64,000 nt of DNA from Octopus sinensis (GCF_006345805.1 NC_042998.1:50034001-50098000), one strand, 5' to 3'; shown: positions 37,577 to 51,378, counted from the first letter of the stretch. A program made the numbers and translations. Notes: generated by a model from the letters alone, not told the origin.

Positions 37577-38192
37577 TTAGTTAGTTAGTTAGTTAATTTT
37601 TTGGCTCAAAAAAGCAAAAGCAAGGCCATGTAGGGGGACATGGAGTTATGTACAGGGAGGGTGTTCATGCAAAGAGTTCAGGCCATTTCTGGTCAAGAGA
37701 GTCTTTGAACCGAGCGGTCGTCGGCATCTTCATTATCTCGTCCGGCAGCTTATTCCACGGATCCGCAACCCGGAGGAAAAAAGCCCCTCTCCTCCGATTG
37801 AGATGAAATCGTCGCAGATAGAGATTTTCGGAGTGACCCCGCAGCCGACGCTCTGGAGCAGGAGTGAAGAACAGCTCTTTCATGTTGTGAGCGAGAATGA
37901 GATCACCACGGCGTCGTCGTTTTTCTAGAGAATAAAGGTCGAGCGTCTTCAGCCTTTCTTCATAAGACAAATGCTTGAGACCAAGAACCATGCGGGTAGC
38001 CAGCTTCTGGACTCTTTCGAGATGATGTATGTCTTTGAGTAGATAAGGAGAAGAGGCTTGAATCCCGTACTCCAATATGGGTCTCACCAGCGTGACATAG
38101 AGCGGTAGGAATATGGCTGTTGTGAGCATTCCAAATGATCGTCGAATCAAAAACAGAACTCCGCGTGCTTTGTTGGCAGCATGGACGCATTG
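37577..38192 (-). mobile_element. 5'-truncated CR1-clade LINE: ORF2 C-terminus (37665-38192), 3' UTR and (AACT)n tail
   Basis: QCVHAANKARGVLFLIRRSF...LYVTLVRPILEY...LERVQKLATRMV...LSYEERLK...RRRRGDLI...WNKLP are hallmark CR1 motifs; frame open. Confidence 0.92.
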
Positions 38193-39376
38193 TTAACTTA
38201 GTTTCAAATTTATATTGACCACATCTATTTTATCGCTTAGCCCTAAAATGATTTCCTCTTTGTAAAGACATTTTATGGAGACAAATCATAAAAATATGAG
38301 GTAAAAACTGTAACGTTTGTTTCTCTTTTACTTTATGGTGTTCATATATTTTTAACTTACATTTAGAAATAGCAGCTATATTCTCTTAAATCACATCCGA
38401 TAATCATTAATTTTCTTTCAAATAATATACTACCGTCTTAAATAAAGGTTAAATATATTGTACATTAAAAGACGAGATGGTCACAGCTGGAATGTTTTTG
38501 AAGTTAGGCCCACTTGATGAATGCTGACCTAGGAGTAATCAACAATGAATGGTTACTATATTTTTGACACCCTATCGAGAAAATAATATGCCAAAGTTAT
38601 ATGGTGATGGAATTTGAACACAGAACAAATTCTTGAAGAAATATGAAACCGAACAATAATGTAAATTAGCTCATCTCACGCTTTGCCGTTTGTTCCAGGT
38701 TGCTTCCCTTGACAGTGTTAATAATAAATAATACAATACTTGTATTTCTAACAGTAGATAAATGGAAATGTTGGTCAACGAAGACTATAAAATGTAAGCC
38801 AGCACATATATATATAAATGTGTGTCTGTGTGCATATTCTTGAGTGAATATGTGTATGTATGTACGTGCAGAGTAATCTAAGGCATTTACCAATTGAAAC
38901 GGTCAATTTGCATAACAACACCTTGAGACAGAATTTATCACCAGCTGCTACTGGAAACATATGTACTGTGATGAACTGGCTACTATTGAGTAGTAGCTAT
39001 ATAATAAGAGTTATATAACCTTTCCTAAGAAACTAAAGTGACATATGAGAATATTAGGAATGAAATGTAATTCACGGTAACAATTTATGAACAATGAATG
39101 TTGAAGACAGAATTCCTGACTGACTTAAACAGACACAATTAGCAGTAAAAGCAAACCATTTGTAAAAGATCATGATTATTGATAGGAAATAGAAGTAGAA
39201 GATTAAATTATATTACCGAGATAAAATCAGATTTCATAATGGAACCAACGGTCACATTGAAATAATGGCGAGCAGTGGCTAGATCTTTATCTTCAAATTT
39301 CAACTACTTGGAAACTAACAGAAAAAAAAAACAAGATGTCTGTGCAAATTTTTGTTTGGTTCCTTTATATATATAT

Positions 39377-39439
<63 letters not shown>

Positions 39440-39451
39440 TATATATACATA

Positions 39452-39483
<32 letters not shown>

Positions 39484-40688
39484 ACAGTATATATGTTTCA
39501 CAAATATATAGAATATATGAAAATATATGTGCGTATGTGTGTGTGTATGTATGTTTGTATGCTTCACTTTCGGTGTTGCTGCTTTACTAACAAGTGACTT
39601 TTAATGCTTTGCCTGGGACAAAGCATATATTGTGACAATAATGAGATTTAAGATGATTCAGCTAAGAACCTGACATTCATTCCACTTAATCAATCTAAAA
39701 CCCTAACGCTGACTTCATAACAACTACATTCCGAGCTCGCGTTTTACATATATTCTTTTCTCTCATCACCACTATTTCTTTCGCCTCCTCAGAAAGACTC
39801 AAAGTTAGACCTGACGTATGTTAACTACACCCACCACCTTTCAGTAGTAGCTTCTGTAGCAGAGTAGGACAGCTAATTTAACCGAACAAAGATCTTAAGG
39901 AGTTGTAATAGTGATGATGAGAAGGAAAATAACAAAGTTGAGATTAAGATTAGTCTGTGGTCAGATAATTCATCTTATATAGTAATTCAGGTATAGTAAA
40001 ATCTTTCAGAACAGCTTCAAGTGTACAGAATGTTAGTAGATGCAATATTCACCGAAGAATGGTGAATGCTAATGGCAAGACATTTCAAAGAAATATCTGT
40101 GAATATTAGGTAGGTATATTCAACATTGTGGCTACGATCTAGACACAAAGGAATCTATTGAATAACGTCAGTGTTGTTGAGAAGAACTAATATTAAATAA
40201 AATTTCTAATGAATAACATCGAAGTGTAACTAAATCCATTCAAACACAAAAGGAATATTGAAAAATAAGCAGAAGTGATGGCGATATCAATAGGAAACCA
40301 TGAACTCTGAATGACCTGCGCCCTTTAGACTATCAATAAAATTTAGATGTGATAAGAGATGATATTCTTAAAACCTAATTAATGTCTACAACACCGATGA
40401 TGAAATATCATTATGGCACCATAAAGATAGTCTGGATATTTGTGCTACTAATGACATGATATGCAAATCTACATATGTGTATATATAAACGTATGTGTAT
40501 GTATGTGTGCATACATGCACATACAAACACACACACACATGCTCGCACACACACACACACACACATATATATTCATACATGTTTACTTATGTGAGTGAGT
40601 GTATATATATTTATGTATGCATGTATTTATGCATGTATGTGTATATTTAGATATAAATATCGACAAATATACACATATATATATATTT

Positions 40689-40759
<71 letters not shown>

Positions 40760-41264
40760 TATATATATTTACAAATATTTATATACCTACGTACATAACC
40801 AACCGGTAATTACAGAGATACACACAAACTTGATATGCATGCATATACAAAGATATACACTTACCTATATATATATATATCAATAAAAGCATATACTTAA
40901 TTTTGTATATACATAGATTCACGCACAAATACATTTATATTTATTCATACGCACATACGTAGATGACTCCTCATAAATTCATTCTAAAATTAATAGTTTC
41001 TTCTTACGCTGCTAGCCAAAATTAATAGGTACTTCACTTTCATTATATTCAGAACGGAAATATTTATCTATGTATATATTATTACTGTCGAATACAGATG
41101 ATTTTTGTCGCCTCCCATTGTATCTGCGAGACGCTGGGCGTCGACCAGTATAAACTGAACTGTCTTCATCAGAATCTATTGAGCTCTTTCACTATGAACA
41201 TATTACAGAAATTCTGACATGGAGTTCCATCAGGGAGCACGGAAGTGCCACTTGGAACTAAACG

Positions 41265-41475
41265 CTACAGATATGATAGTGCCATCAATTGTCTTGTACT
41301 GCATGCTGCACAAAGAGTGATAGAAACGTTCGGTGAAAGTTCACTGAGTTTCTGAGGATTGCTGACATGCAGAGTTGTGTGAGTTGGTGTAAAATCCCGG
41401 AGAGATCCGTCTATCTGTTCACCCGATCGTGAGTATCTCCTTGCCACCGGCAAGTCTTTTGTCTCGTGGCCATGG
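41265..41475 (-). CDS. Candidate terminal coding exon of an unidentified minus-strand gene (HGHETKDLPVARRYSRSGEQ...LMALSYL*)
   Basis: TATATTTTCGTCAG acceptor; 70 open codons; AATAAA on the minus strand at 40945-40940; no recognised homology. Confidence 0.3.
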
Positions 41476-41882
41476 CTGACGAAAATATATGATAGACAAG
41501 ATTAGGAAGGACTGAAAACAGATATATACATCTGTAGTTAAATTTCCAACAAATTTTCACGTTTCATTTGGCAAGTGGAGAGATAAATGCTGCCCTCCAA
41601 TGAATGTTTCGAAAGGTGGATGAGAATGGTAGCAGGGACCAACACTGGCTTATTCTCAGCTTATGTCAGTAGGTCAGACGATATCGACGGAAGCTAACAT
41701 TAGCTCTTGGTATTCTAGAATTTTGGGCAGTTGCTCCGGAAATCTAGATTTTGATCTGAAAACCGCGGTTTCTTTCATTGGTACTAAGTGGCTGACCAGC
41801 TATTGGTGCCAATCATTTTATTCATTCATTCCTCGCATGCGTTTTTTTTTTTTCTTCACAAACCTTTCCGTTAAAATTTATA

Positions 41883-42058
41883 TTAGCAGTATAACCCGGC
41901 TTTGCCCGGGATTAAATTAGGATTATTAAGGTTGACGAAAATACAGTGATCATGACGAATGTCCTCCTAAAATTGGAGCGACATACGTGCTAATTTGTGG
42001 ACGTGCATAAATTACATTCAAGTACACACACACACATCCTGCCTTTTATATATACAGA
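41883..42058 (-). mobile_element. Miniature non-autonomous Helitron (~175 bp)
   Basis: Minus strand A|TCTGTATATATAAAA...CCCGGGCAAAGCCGGG hairpin...CTAA|T. Confidence 0.75.
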
Positions 42059-42373
42059 TTTATTTACTTATCTATTATAAAACCAATTCTGTTTTAACTT
42101 CTACAGATTCTTGTAATTTTACCGACTAAAGTACCCTACCGGCATTACGCCTGTGGCAAGTAAAAGAAATCAACGATATTGCGGTTATTGTAGCTACTGT
42201 GTGTAGGTGCCTGATTCCTTGTATTTGCATGGAAATGTTGCAATGATGTTTCCCCAATGATAAGAACTCATGAATGTTTATAATGTAAGCGTGGAAATTA
42301 AACATTTATGTATGTATTCACGCATGTGTATAGGTAAGTAGGTATCTACATGTATGTATCTGTGTGCATATTA

Positions 42374-42447
<74 letters not shown>

Positions 42448-42532
42448 GTATATATGTATGTATCTATGTATGTATGTGTGTATGTATGTATGTATGTATG
42501 TATATATGTATGTATGTGTGTATGTATGTATG

Positions 42533-42594
<62 letters not shown>

Positions 42595-43311
42595 TGTGCG
42601 TATATATATGTATGGGCTGGTGTGCAATATTTGCATACGTATTTACATCAGTTAATATTAATTTACATAGAATTTTTTTCTGTCAGCCTCTAATTTTATT
42701 CGTGTTTCTTTTGTAGATAACTTTGGTTCTCATAAGGTCAGTATTAGCTTAGTGTAATTCTGAAGTTCTGTATAACACCGTAGAACAAATATGATACCGA
42801 GAGCTATGGCAAAGACATCGATTTAGTTACCAAATAAATTCAGCTCATATAACGAAACAATATGAAGCATTGCGGATCATTTATACATACATACAAGCAT
42901 ACATACATACGTACATACATACATCCATACATACATACATACATACATACATACATACATACATACATACATACATACGTACTTACGTAAGTACGTACGC
43001 ACGCATGTACATACATACATGCATACATACGCGTATACAAAAATTCATACATACGTGCATACATACTTACGTGCAAAAAATACATACATACGCATATGCG
43101 TACATACATAAATATGTGTGTATGTTTCTGTGTGTGTGTGTATGTGTATGTGTGTGTGTGTGTGTGTGCAAACTCAATGTTTTCTAACGTATTTCAAATC
43201 GTTATTAAGCATGGAATATATTTCACCTACCGGTTATAATTTCTACACACATGTGTATACACGCTTACATTAAAAACAGCATAAATGTATATAGGCGTAG
43301 AAATGCATATA

Positions 43312-43380
43312 CAGTAATGCCTCACCATATCGCGGTTCATGTATCACGGTTCACGTATCGCGGTTCACGTATCGCGGTTG
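43312..43380 (+). mobile_element. Solitary pogo/Tigger-type MITE left end with 14-bp subterminal repeats
   Basis: TA|CAGTAATGCCTCACC then about four (CG/TG)TATCGCGGTTCA units; no right end seen. Confidence 0.55.
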
Positions 43381-43444
43381 ACCCTTTGAATGACCGGTAC
43401 AACTCATTTTTGTCAGGTGAGTATACTGGAGGAACGTGAAATAG

Positions 43445-43540
43445 TGTCTTGCTCAATACACAACGCGCTACTTAGAATCGAACCAACGATCGTACGATCA
43501 TTGGCCGCATGCCCTAACTACTAAGCCACGCGTCTTCAAT
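43445..43540 (-). mobile_element. 5' fragment of SINE family B
   Basis: Reverse complement GAAGACGCGTGGCTTAGTAGTTAGGGC...GGTTCGATTC. Confidence 0.65.
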
Positions 43541-44764
43541 GCTTGACTATATCGTTAGCTTAGAGTCTGTGCGTTAGGGTAAATGTATTATATGAATTAG
43601 TTCTATTGTCAGAGTAACTTTGATTTCCTCCATAATCCAAAGGCCGCTTTGTACTTGTATTTCTGGATGTCGTTAACCCTTCTACTTAAACACCTACAAT
43701 CATTAATTTTTTCCTTTATTCTTATTGAATCGGTATGGTATAATTTAAGAGGGAACAATATCGAACGCCATTTTAGACGGTCGAACGACTGCGTAGAAGG
43801 TATCTTGGTGTATCGTAAAAATTAGATAGTTAATAAGGTAAAAGAGTCTTTGTAATTTTTTAACAAGATTTCTTAAATAGGAAACGTGAATGCAAAGGAA
43901 ATCGAAATATATTCAATGAAAAATTCAGAGGAACTTGATATTGGTGACAAACTTTACACAGCACAGACCTGCCAATTTTACATGACAAAAAACATTTTTG
44001 ATTTATAATTATAACGTTGCGCGACTGTAAACCGGAAAACTAAGGAATTTTGCTGATTTAACTATTGAATAAAAATAATTTGGCATGAAAGAAATGCGTG
44101 CGTTACAGCATTTAAAATTGGTAGAAATGGAACGTTACAAAATCAATACTTCATACGACCGTAACAAGTAGTAGTGGTGACGGTGGTGATGGTGGTGGTG
44201 GTGGTGGTGATGGTGGTGGTGGTGGTGGTGATGGTGATAGTAGTATTTGTAGTAAGAGTGGCAGTAATAGTAATAGTAGTAGTAGTAGCAGCACATGAGT
44301 ATGTATGCATGTGTGTGTGTACGTGTGTGTATATGTATGAATAGGTGTTTGTGTGATGTACGTAGTTTAGTTATGCTAGTTAATAAAAGCATGTTGTTCA
44401 CCTCTCAGCTTGTGGAATATATATATATACATACATATATGTGTGTGTGTATGTATGTATACACACACGTGCGTGCACGCAAACATGCGCCTCCCCCACA
44501 CACACACATACACGCACACACAAGCAAAAGGCACATACATATTCATTCTTGCATGCACGATTATGCATGCAAACACAGGCCCATGCTCACACACACACAT
44601 AAAAAAACATACGTGTTCTCATAGTATGGAACCAATTGCAAAGATTTGCTACAAGCCAGAATGGTATGAAAAAGAAGAAAAACACTCTCACTTACACTAC
44701 ACAAACACAGACACAAACACGCACGTGTCCACATGTATACACATATGCAGAGATACTGAAAGAA

Positions 44765-44776
44765 ATAATAATAATC

Positions 44777-44821
<45 letters not shown>

Positions 44822-45300
44822 GACCTGATGCAGTACCAAGCAGTGGCTCTCGTGGCTTCTGATCATAACTGATTGGAAGTGTTATCATGTACATTGTTTT
44901 GTCTTGGTATAAAAGATGCGCTACAGAAAATATTCTGTTCAGTACCACATATTTGCTTGCCAGTTGTTTGATCTTAACCAGTTGAGCATGTCCTTTAGTG
45001 GCCGACGATATGTGCATCTCTGATCAGGAGTAGAAATGGTGAGGGAGCATCATAGCCAGATGTTGAGAGGGATTCTTTGGAGTTTGAATAATTCACCTTT
45101 GGAAACATGGGTGTTTCGTTCAACATCCTTAAACAACCCTTATTCAGGGACTTTTTGAGCGGGATGGGCTACTCGACCTGAAGAAAATTCTAACTGGGCC
45201 CCACCTGCAAGGTCATGTGCTGTTTATCTTGATTTGAGATCACCATGTTGCGCACACATGGTTGTGATGCATGTGCCTAGTGTATATTAGAGACATGAAT
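44765..45300 (-). mobile_element. Probable LINE-derived 3' UTR fragment with (TAT)n tail, family unassigned
   Basis: Higher-GC block abutting a long (AAT)n that reads as a minus-strand tail. Confidence 0.4.
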
Positions 45301-45499
45301 AGCAAATACACGAGACGATAACATTTCCGTGAAACTATAACTGTCTTCATCGCACCCCAATCTCTTGGTTGCGAAGACGACATGAAATTCACGAATTTCA
45401 CAAACTGATAATGGGTTCCTATAGAGGTATACGGAAAAAGTTTGCTGAAAGAATTTCTATGTTGAACAGACACGATTTTCCAAAGCAAAATACCACTTG

Positions 45500-45712
45500 T
45501 GCAAGTAATCAAACTGAAAAGTTCCTGGTTTGGGATAAACGAAAATACAGGAGGATCATTTATATTTTATTCAACATATTCTCCTCTCAGATTCACACAC
45601 TTATTGCAGCGGTCCTTCAGTTTTTCTAAGCCCAGTAAAAGAACTCGGAATGTTGAGACTCTAACCAGGCCTTTTGCTATACCCCTAAAGCTAGGAACTG
45701 GTCAACACCTCC
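45500..45712. mobile_element. Mariner-derived MITE, degenerate copy
   Basis: Aligns to 45736-45952. Confidence 0.7.
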
Positions 45713-45735
45713 TTTTACACACACACACACATATA

Positions 45736-45952
45736 CACGAGGGGGTGCTGAAAAGTTCCTGGCTTGGTTTAAAAGAAAATACGGAGTATTAGTTAATTAT
45801 GGATTTATTCAACATATTCCCCTCTCAGTTTCAGACAATTATTGCATTGTTCCTTCAGTTTCTCTACGTCATGTAAAAGAACTCGGAAGGCTGTGCCTCC
45901 AACCAGGTCTTTTGCGATAATCTTAGAGCCAGGAACTTTTCAGCACCCCTTG
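45736..45952. mobile_element. Mariner-derived MITE (~215 bp)
   Basis: TIRs GAGGGGGTGCTGAAAAGTTCCTGGCT / AGCCAGGAACTTTTCAGCACCCCTTG flanked by TA. Confidence 0.85.
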
Positions 45953-46399
45953 TATTAGGGTTAACATGAATGTATTGGTGTTTGAATGTAAACTAGCATT
46001 AGAGGCTACAGCGAAATATAAGAACTACTGTCGTGTTACATATACTGAGCAGTTTTCAAAATCTTGTAAAAGTATAATCGGTGGAGTCCATGGGTGTGAA
46101 AACTCATTGGGGTTTTTGGACGTTTGGATTCGGTCCTAGATACTATAACAGCAATACTTTAAGATGTACTGCAATATGATGCTTTGCCAGAAAGATTTGA
46201 AATCATTCCGTGGACGACATACAGCACCACTTATTAAATTGTTTTTGAGCTTCTGACATTCATTCATTGAATTTTGGGGTTACATTTACACATGTAACTA
46301 AAAACCATATTGAATCACTAATCGACGTGACATCGGTATTCATCACACAGTTAACCTCTTATTTAATCGAGTTTAGCGTTATGGCTTTCCTAATGATGG

Positions 46400-47270
46400 A
46401 GTTCAACAATTACTTAAATGTATTACGTCCGTTTATCATTTGTAATAAATAACGATGGATTTGAGTAATTTCACTTAGAAGTTAGGGAAAATTTGCATGT
46501 TTCTTTTGATGTTGGAATCAACATTCATGTTCATTCTGTTTAATGTTTCTCTATTTCTGAATATATTTCTTATTAGAGAATTCCTTCACCAGCATATTGG
46601 CATCGTTATTATTTTCTTCTTTGAAAAAAATGTCATTATTATATAATTTTTCCTTATGAGAGTCAATTCATTAGTATTTGTAGACAATTCCATCAAAAGC
46701 ACGCTGCTTCCCAACGCGTTATTTCTTCATGAAGATCTTGTACATCAGAAGGAAATCCTTCGAAATTATTTGTACCTTGTCACGGTTAATATTCGCACAT
46801 TGCCGCCATGTTACTTGAACTTATTTTCTCCTAACCATAGTGACTATTAATCAACAACATTTTTGATATTGCATTTCCTTCAGAAGTCAGCTAAAGAAAC
46901 TGCATTGTTACTTATTTGATTAAGTGGCGCAGCAAAATGTTTACGCATACCATATACATACGAACATTTATGTGATTATTTCTTCGTTCGTTGATTCTAA
47001 TATGGCTGTCGTATTTGGCGCTAAGTTCATAACTTGCATTTTCATGCTAATAATTGCTAGTAGCTTAACTGCTATGGACTTTACTTAAACGCAGTAATTT
47101 TTCAAATATAATATTACATGATTTGTAATAGTTTTCGACGACTGAACAAAAATATATAAAAGATCGTTCTTCAAAAAGAGATTTGCTCACCAACGACATA
47201 TTATTAGCACACCAAAATACCGGATGTGAACGACAGTAATAACCTTTTAGCGAATGCAAATTTGCTGCAC
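46400..47270 (-). pseudogene. Tigger/pogo transposase remnant, DDE and C-terminal half
   Basis: LKGYYCRSHPVFWCANN...LFEE...; LAPNTTAILES (cf. LPPNTTSLLQPMD); NNFEGF; IDSHKEKL; many stops and frameshifts. Confidence 0.7.
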
Positions 47271-47439
47271 ACTATGCAACAACTATATGCAACAATTAGG
47301 TTTAAATTGAAATTTCAGTCTGCATTTCCTCTTAATAAAAAGAGTCAAATGGTCATTAGAGACTTTAAATCTGGTTGAGATTTGTCACTTTGAAAGCATT
47401 CTTTTCAGATATAATCCAGTTTCGACCATGTTAAATATT

Positions 47440-48300
47440 TGTAACCATGACTCCAAAGCATGATCCATTGAAAGTGATGGCTGTAGATCAAAGGAAAGGA
47501 ATTTTACGACTGAAATTACGATGCGAATAATAAAGCGATCAGAGAGAGGTGAAAGGCCAAAGAATATATTAAATACGGCAAACTATTGACGATCAACGGT
47601 CGAGACAATTTTAAGGGACAAAGTGAGATTAAAGGAGCATGTAAAATGCATTGTCCCTATAAAATATACAATTATCTGTAAGCAACATGGTGGTTTAATT
47701 ATTGAAATAGAATGCCTGACGGTAATTTGGTTAGAGGATCAAAATCAGTGTAAAACGCCTATTAATTGCGATTTAGTAGAAATGAATGTTCGGAAGTTTT
47801 CGTTAATTTAAAAGCTACACGCGCATCAAATCAGAGACGGTGATCATGAAGGATTTGTCCCTTTAAAGAGATGATAAATGTACATAATATTAAAGAGGAT
47901 GGTAAGGCGGCGAGCTGGCAGAATCGTTATAACGACGAAGAAAATGCTTAGCAGCGTTTCTCCTCATTTTATGATCTGAGTTCAAATACAGCCGAGGTCG
48001 ACTTGGTCTTTCGTCCTTTCGAGGTCGATAAAATAAGTACCAGTTGAGCCCTGGGTTCAATATAATCGTTAAACAACCCCACACCCACTGAAATTACAGC
48101 CCTTGTATCAAAATTTGAAACCATAATAAATGTCCATGGTGAAGCAGCGAAAAAGCTGTCCTGAAATGGCGTAAACTTCATTCAGGAGAGAAATTATTTG
48201 GCATAGCAAATATTTAACGTACATGGTAGTGAATTATTTTAAACGATGGGACTCGAGGCAACACCACATTATGGCTTGATGCATTGACATAACAAAATAT
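47440..48300 (+). pseudogene. Tigger/pogo transposase remnant, N-terminal HTH half, interrupted by a SINE
   Basis: MRIIKRSERGER...STVETILRDK...IWLEDQNQ (CENP-B-like HTH); HNIK; VHGEAA; QIFNVHGSELF (cf. QIFNVDETGLFW). Confidence 0.75.
47903..48124 (+). mobile_element. tRNA-derived SINE family D, full length
   Basis: GGCGGCGAGCTGGCAGAATCG head, GAGTTCAAAT B box, GGTCGATAAAATAAGTACCAGTTG body. Confidence 0.8.
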
Positions 48301-48628
48301 ATTTCCGACTTCGTAATGGAATTCTGAATGAAGATTACCTTCTTTATAAAGACACGATGAAACTTTCGCTATCGTTTTCAATGTTAGATCACAAATGGAA
48401 CATATATTTTCGCGTGTTGTTTGATTACACGTAGTCTCGATTACGTTTCAATCGCAAAATCTGCATTGCATATATATATGTATAAATATATATATATAAT
48501 CGAGGATATACGTGTTGCTTATTTTGATTGTAATCACCCCATGGATTTCTATGGATAATACCATACAAAGTTCTAGTGCCTTTGATTTAAGTACCATATT
48601 CATCTGAATCTAAATTTTGCTGAACTTA

Positions 48629-48691
<63 letters not shown>

Positions 48692-48716
48692 ATATCTATC
48701 TATCTATCTATCTATA

Positions 48717-48783
<67 letters not shown>

Positions 48784-48809
48784 ATATATATATACACATA
48801 CAACATACA

Positions 48810-48869
<60 letters not shown>

Positions 48870-48953
48870 GTTTGGATAGTGGTGTGGTTTTGACTACACA
48901 CTTCTAGCTTGTTAGATGTCCTATTATGGTAATCTCATGTGTTCAAATGTACA

Positions 48954-49030
<77 letters not shown>

Positions 49031-49565
49031 TATATATATATATATATACCTATACATATATTTATATACATACATAAATGTGAATATATATATATGTATA
49101 TATGTATATATATATATACATACGTATATGCATATATAAATATGTGAATATGTATTTGTGTGTATGTATGTGCGTGTGTTTGTGTGTGTGTACACAAATG
49201 TTTGCATGTTTGTAGTATATGTGCATATTCTTATTTCTATCCTGTAATCCCATTGGCAGTTTTGAAATTAGTTTTTCTGTTCACAGTTGTGATCTTAACT
49301 CATTTCTTTTGCTAAATCCAATTAATCTTCTATCATTTACTCTCACAACGCTAAATGATGCAGCTAAGCTAATCTACTAGAAAAGTGTTTTCCATTTCCC
49401 TCAAACTTGCATCTTGTTCATGTGGAAACTACTCATCGCTCAATAAAATTGGATCAGCTTGAAACTGGGCAATTTTACATGCATTATATTTGGCATCCTT
49501 GATAAAATGTGCAGTTAAGATAACGAATTCATAAAAGTGTGACACTCTAGGTCCATAAACATATA

Positions 49566-49938
49566 TTCTTTTATACTTTTACTTGTTTCAGTCGTTTGAC
49601 TGCGGCCATGCATGATCACCGCCTTTTAGTCGAACAAATCGACCCCAGGACTTATTCTTTGTAAGCCTAGTATTTATTCCATCGGTTTCTTTTGCCGAGT
49701 TGCTAAGTCATGGGGACGTATTCACCAACATCGGTTAAGCGATGCTGGAGGCACAAACACAGACACAGAAACACACACACACACGCTCACACATAGTTGA
49801 AATTTACAGAAAAAAAGACGAAGACGGGTGTATAAACAACAAGCAGGTGTATTAATTTGACCCTCGGGAAGGTGAGAAAGAGTTTTACGATTCGTGTCTA
49901 CGCTCTTCAACAGAAAGGAACACGATGAAATAAACAGA

Positions 49939-49989
<51 letters not shown>

Positions 49990-50182
49990 AAAAACCTGTA
50001 GATTTAGCGGTCAATCATGGCGGATAGGCTTCTTTCAGTTTCTATCTACCAAATCCACTCACAAAACTTTGGTCGGCCCGAGGTTATGGTAGAAGAAACT
50101 TGTCTGAAGAGCCTCGCAGTGGGACTGAAACCAGAACCATGTGGTTAGGAACCAGCCTTCTTATCACACACCGACTCCTGTG
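49566..50182 (-). mobile_element. SINE family A split by an A6U-hammerhead element
   Basis: 3' half 49566-49790 and 5' half 50026-50182 are collinear with family A. Confidence 0.8.
49795..50027 (-). mobile_element. Non-autonomous Penelope-like element, A6U-hammerhead family, copy 4
   Basis: Minus strand CGCCATGATTGACCGCT...CTTT-CTGTTGA-A-GAGC-GTAG-ACAC-GAATC-GTA-AAA...CACCCGTCTTCGTCTTTT. Confidence 0.7.
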
Positions 50183-51054
50183 TCTGTATATATGCGATTA
50201 TCTGTATGAGCTTACATATGTTTCTATTGGTATGCTTGTCTCTGTGTGTATCTACACATTTTAATGTTCCTATTTTGAGTTGGTAGTCAAAAGCCTGTTC
50301 TAAACAGTTATTCTGACATGTAAGTTATATTGAATGTTATCGGTTCATGTACTCTTTTTAATTGATCTAGCGAGCGTAACGCAAATGTATTTTTGGGAAT
50401 TTTCAACGCAGAGCTTAAAAGTGCCAATGACCCAAGGTATCATTACGCGTTTCAATACATGATTCACTCCTGTAATCCTCCCCATATGCGTGTGTGTGTG
50501 TGTGGTGTGTGTGTGTGTGTGTGTGCGTGCGTGCGTGTGTGTGTGTATATATGTGTGCTATCACAGTATCAAACGGACTAAGGATATTGTACACCGCTGG
50601 TTAACAATGCGCTTTCTCGCATTGTCGTAGTTTCGGAAAGAAACCTTCCCACTAGCTAGCCGGATAGGTCATCATTTGTTCTGAACATGCTAGCAGTCAG
50701 ATGCAGAGTTACCCATTTGCAGCTTAATGAACTGGAGCAGTATCAAATGAAGTGCTGAAAAAGTCTACATGTATTGAAGACTTTATTTCCGCTAGATGGA
50801 GCAACGTACTTGTACACACACACACACACAAAAACACACACACATATATATTATACCTAAATGTCGAACGACGAAGTTGAATGCTCGACACCGCATTCGT
50901 GGATAAAATTTCTTTACTTGTATATTAAGTCTAACGTTGGTTTCATGTTAAGGAAAATATCTTAATATCTTAACAATTTTTCAAGCCGACAACATGGAGG
51001 ATTGGTGTTCGTCTCCATTTTGGATGAAATCAATGAAGGCCTTTAAATATATAT

Positions 51055-51092
<38 letters not shown>

Positions 51093-51128
51093 GATAAGAA
51101 AGTTGGTTTGTGAAAGCACGTGGTTGAA

Positions 51129-51378
51129 TATATAGAAAATAGTAAAAAGTGAAAAAACTACAGAAGGCTTAAAGGTTAAAAAAAATATATATTTGCATCA
51201 ATATGTCTGAAGAATAAAGAAATTTGAAAAGCTAAACGCGAAACCGGTCTTTCTTCTAAACTATGTCATTGTAAGGGAAAATTTTTTTAATATTCTTCAG
51301 ACATATTGACGCAAATATATATATTTTTTAACCTTTAAGCCTTCTGTAGTTTTTTCACTTTTTACTATTTTCTATATA
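51129..51378. repeat. Near-perfect ~88-bp inverted repeat (Penelope-like, hammerhead-like core)
   Basis: 51129-51216 versus 51291-51378; CTGAAGA at 51207 and GAAACCGGTC at 51240. Confidence 0.85.

Noticed and set aside
41140-41175. Minus-strand CTGATGA-A-GACAG...CTGGTC hairpin
   Set aside because: Followed by GACG rather than GAAA; probably chance.
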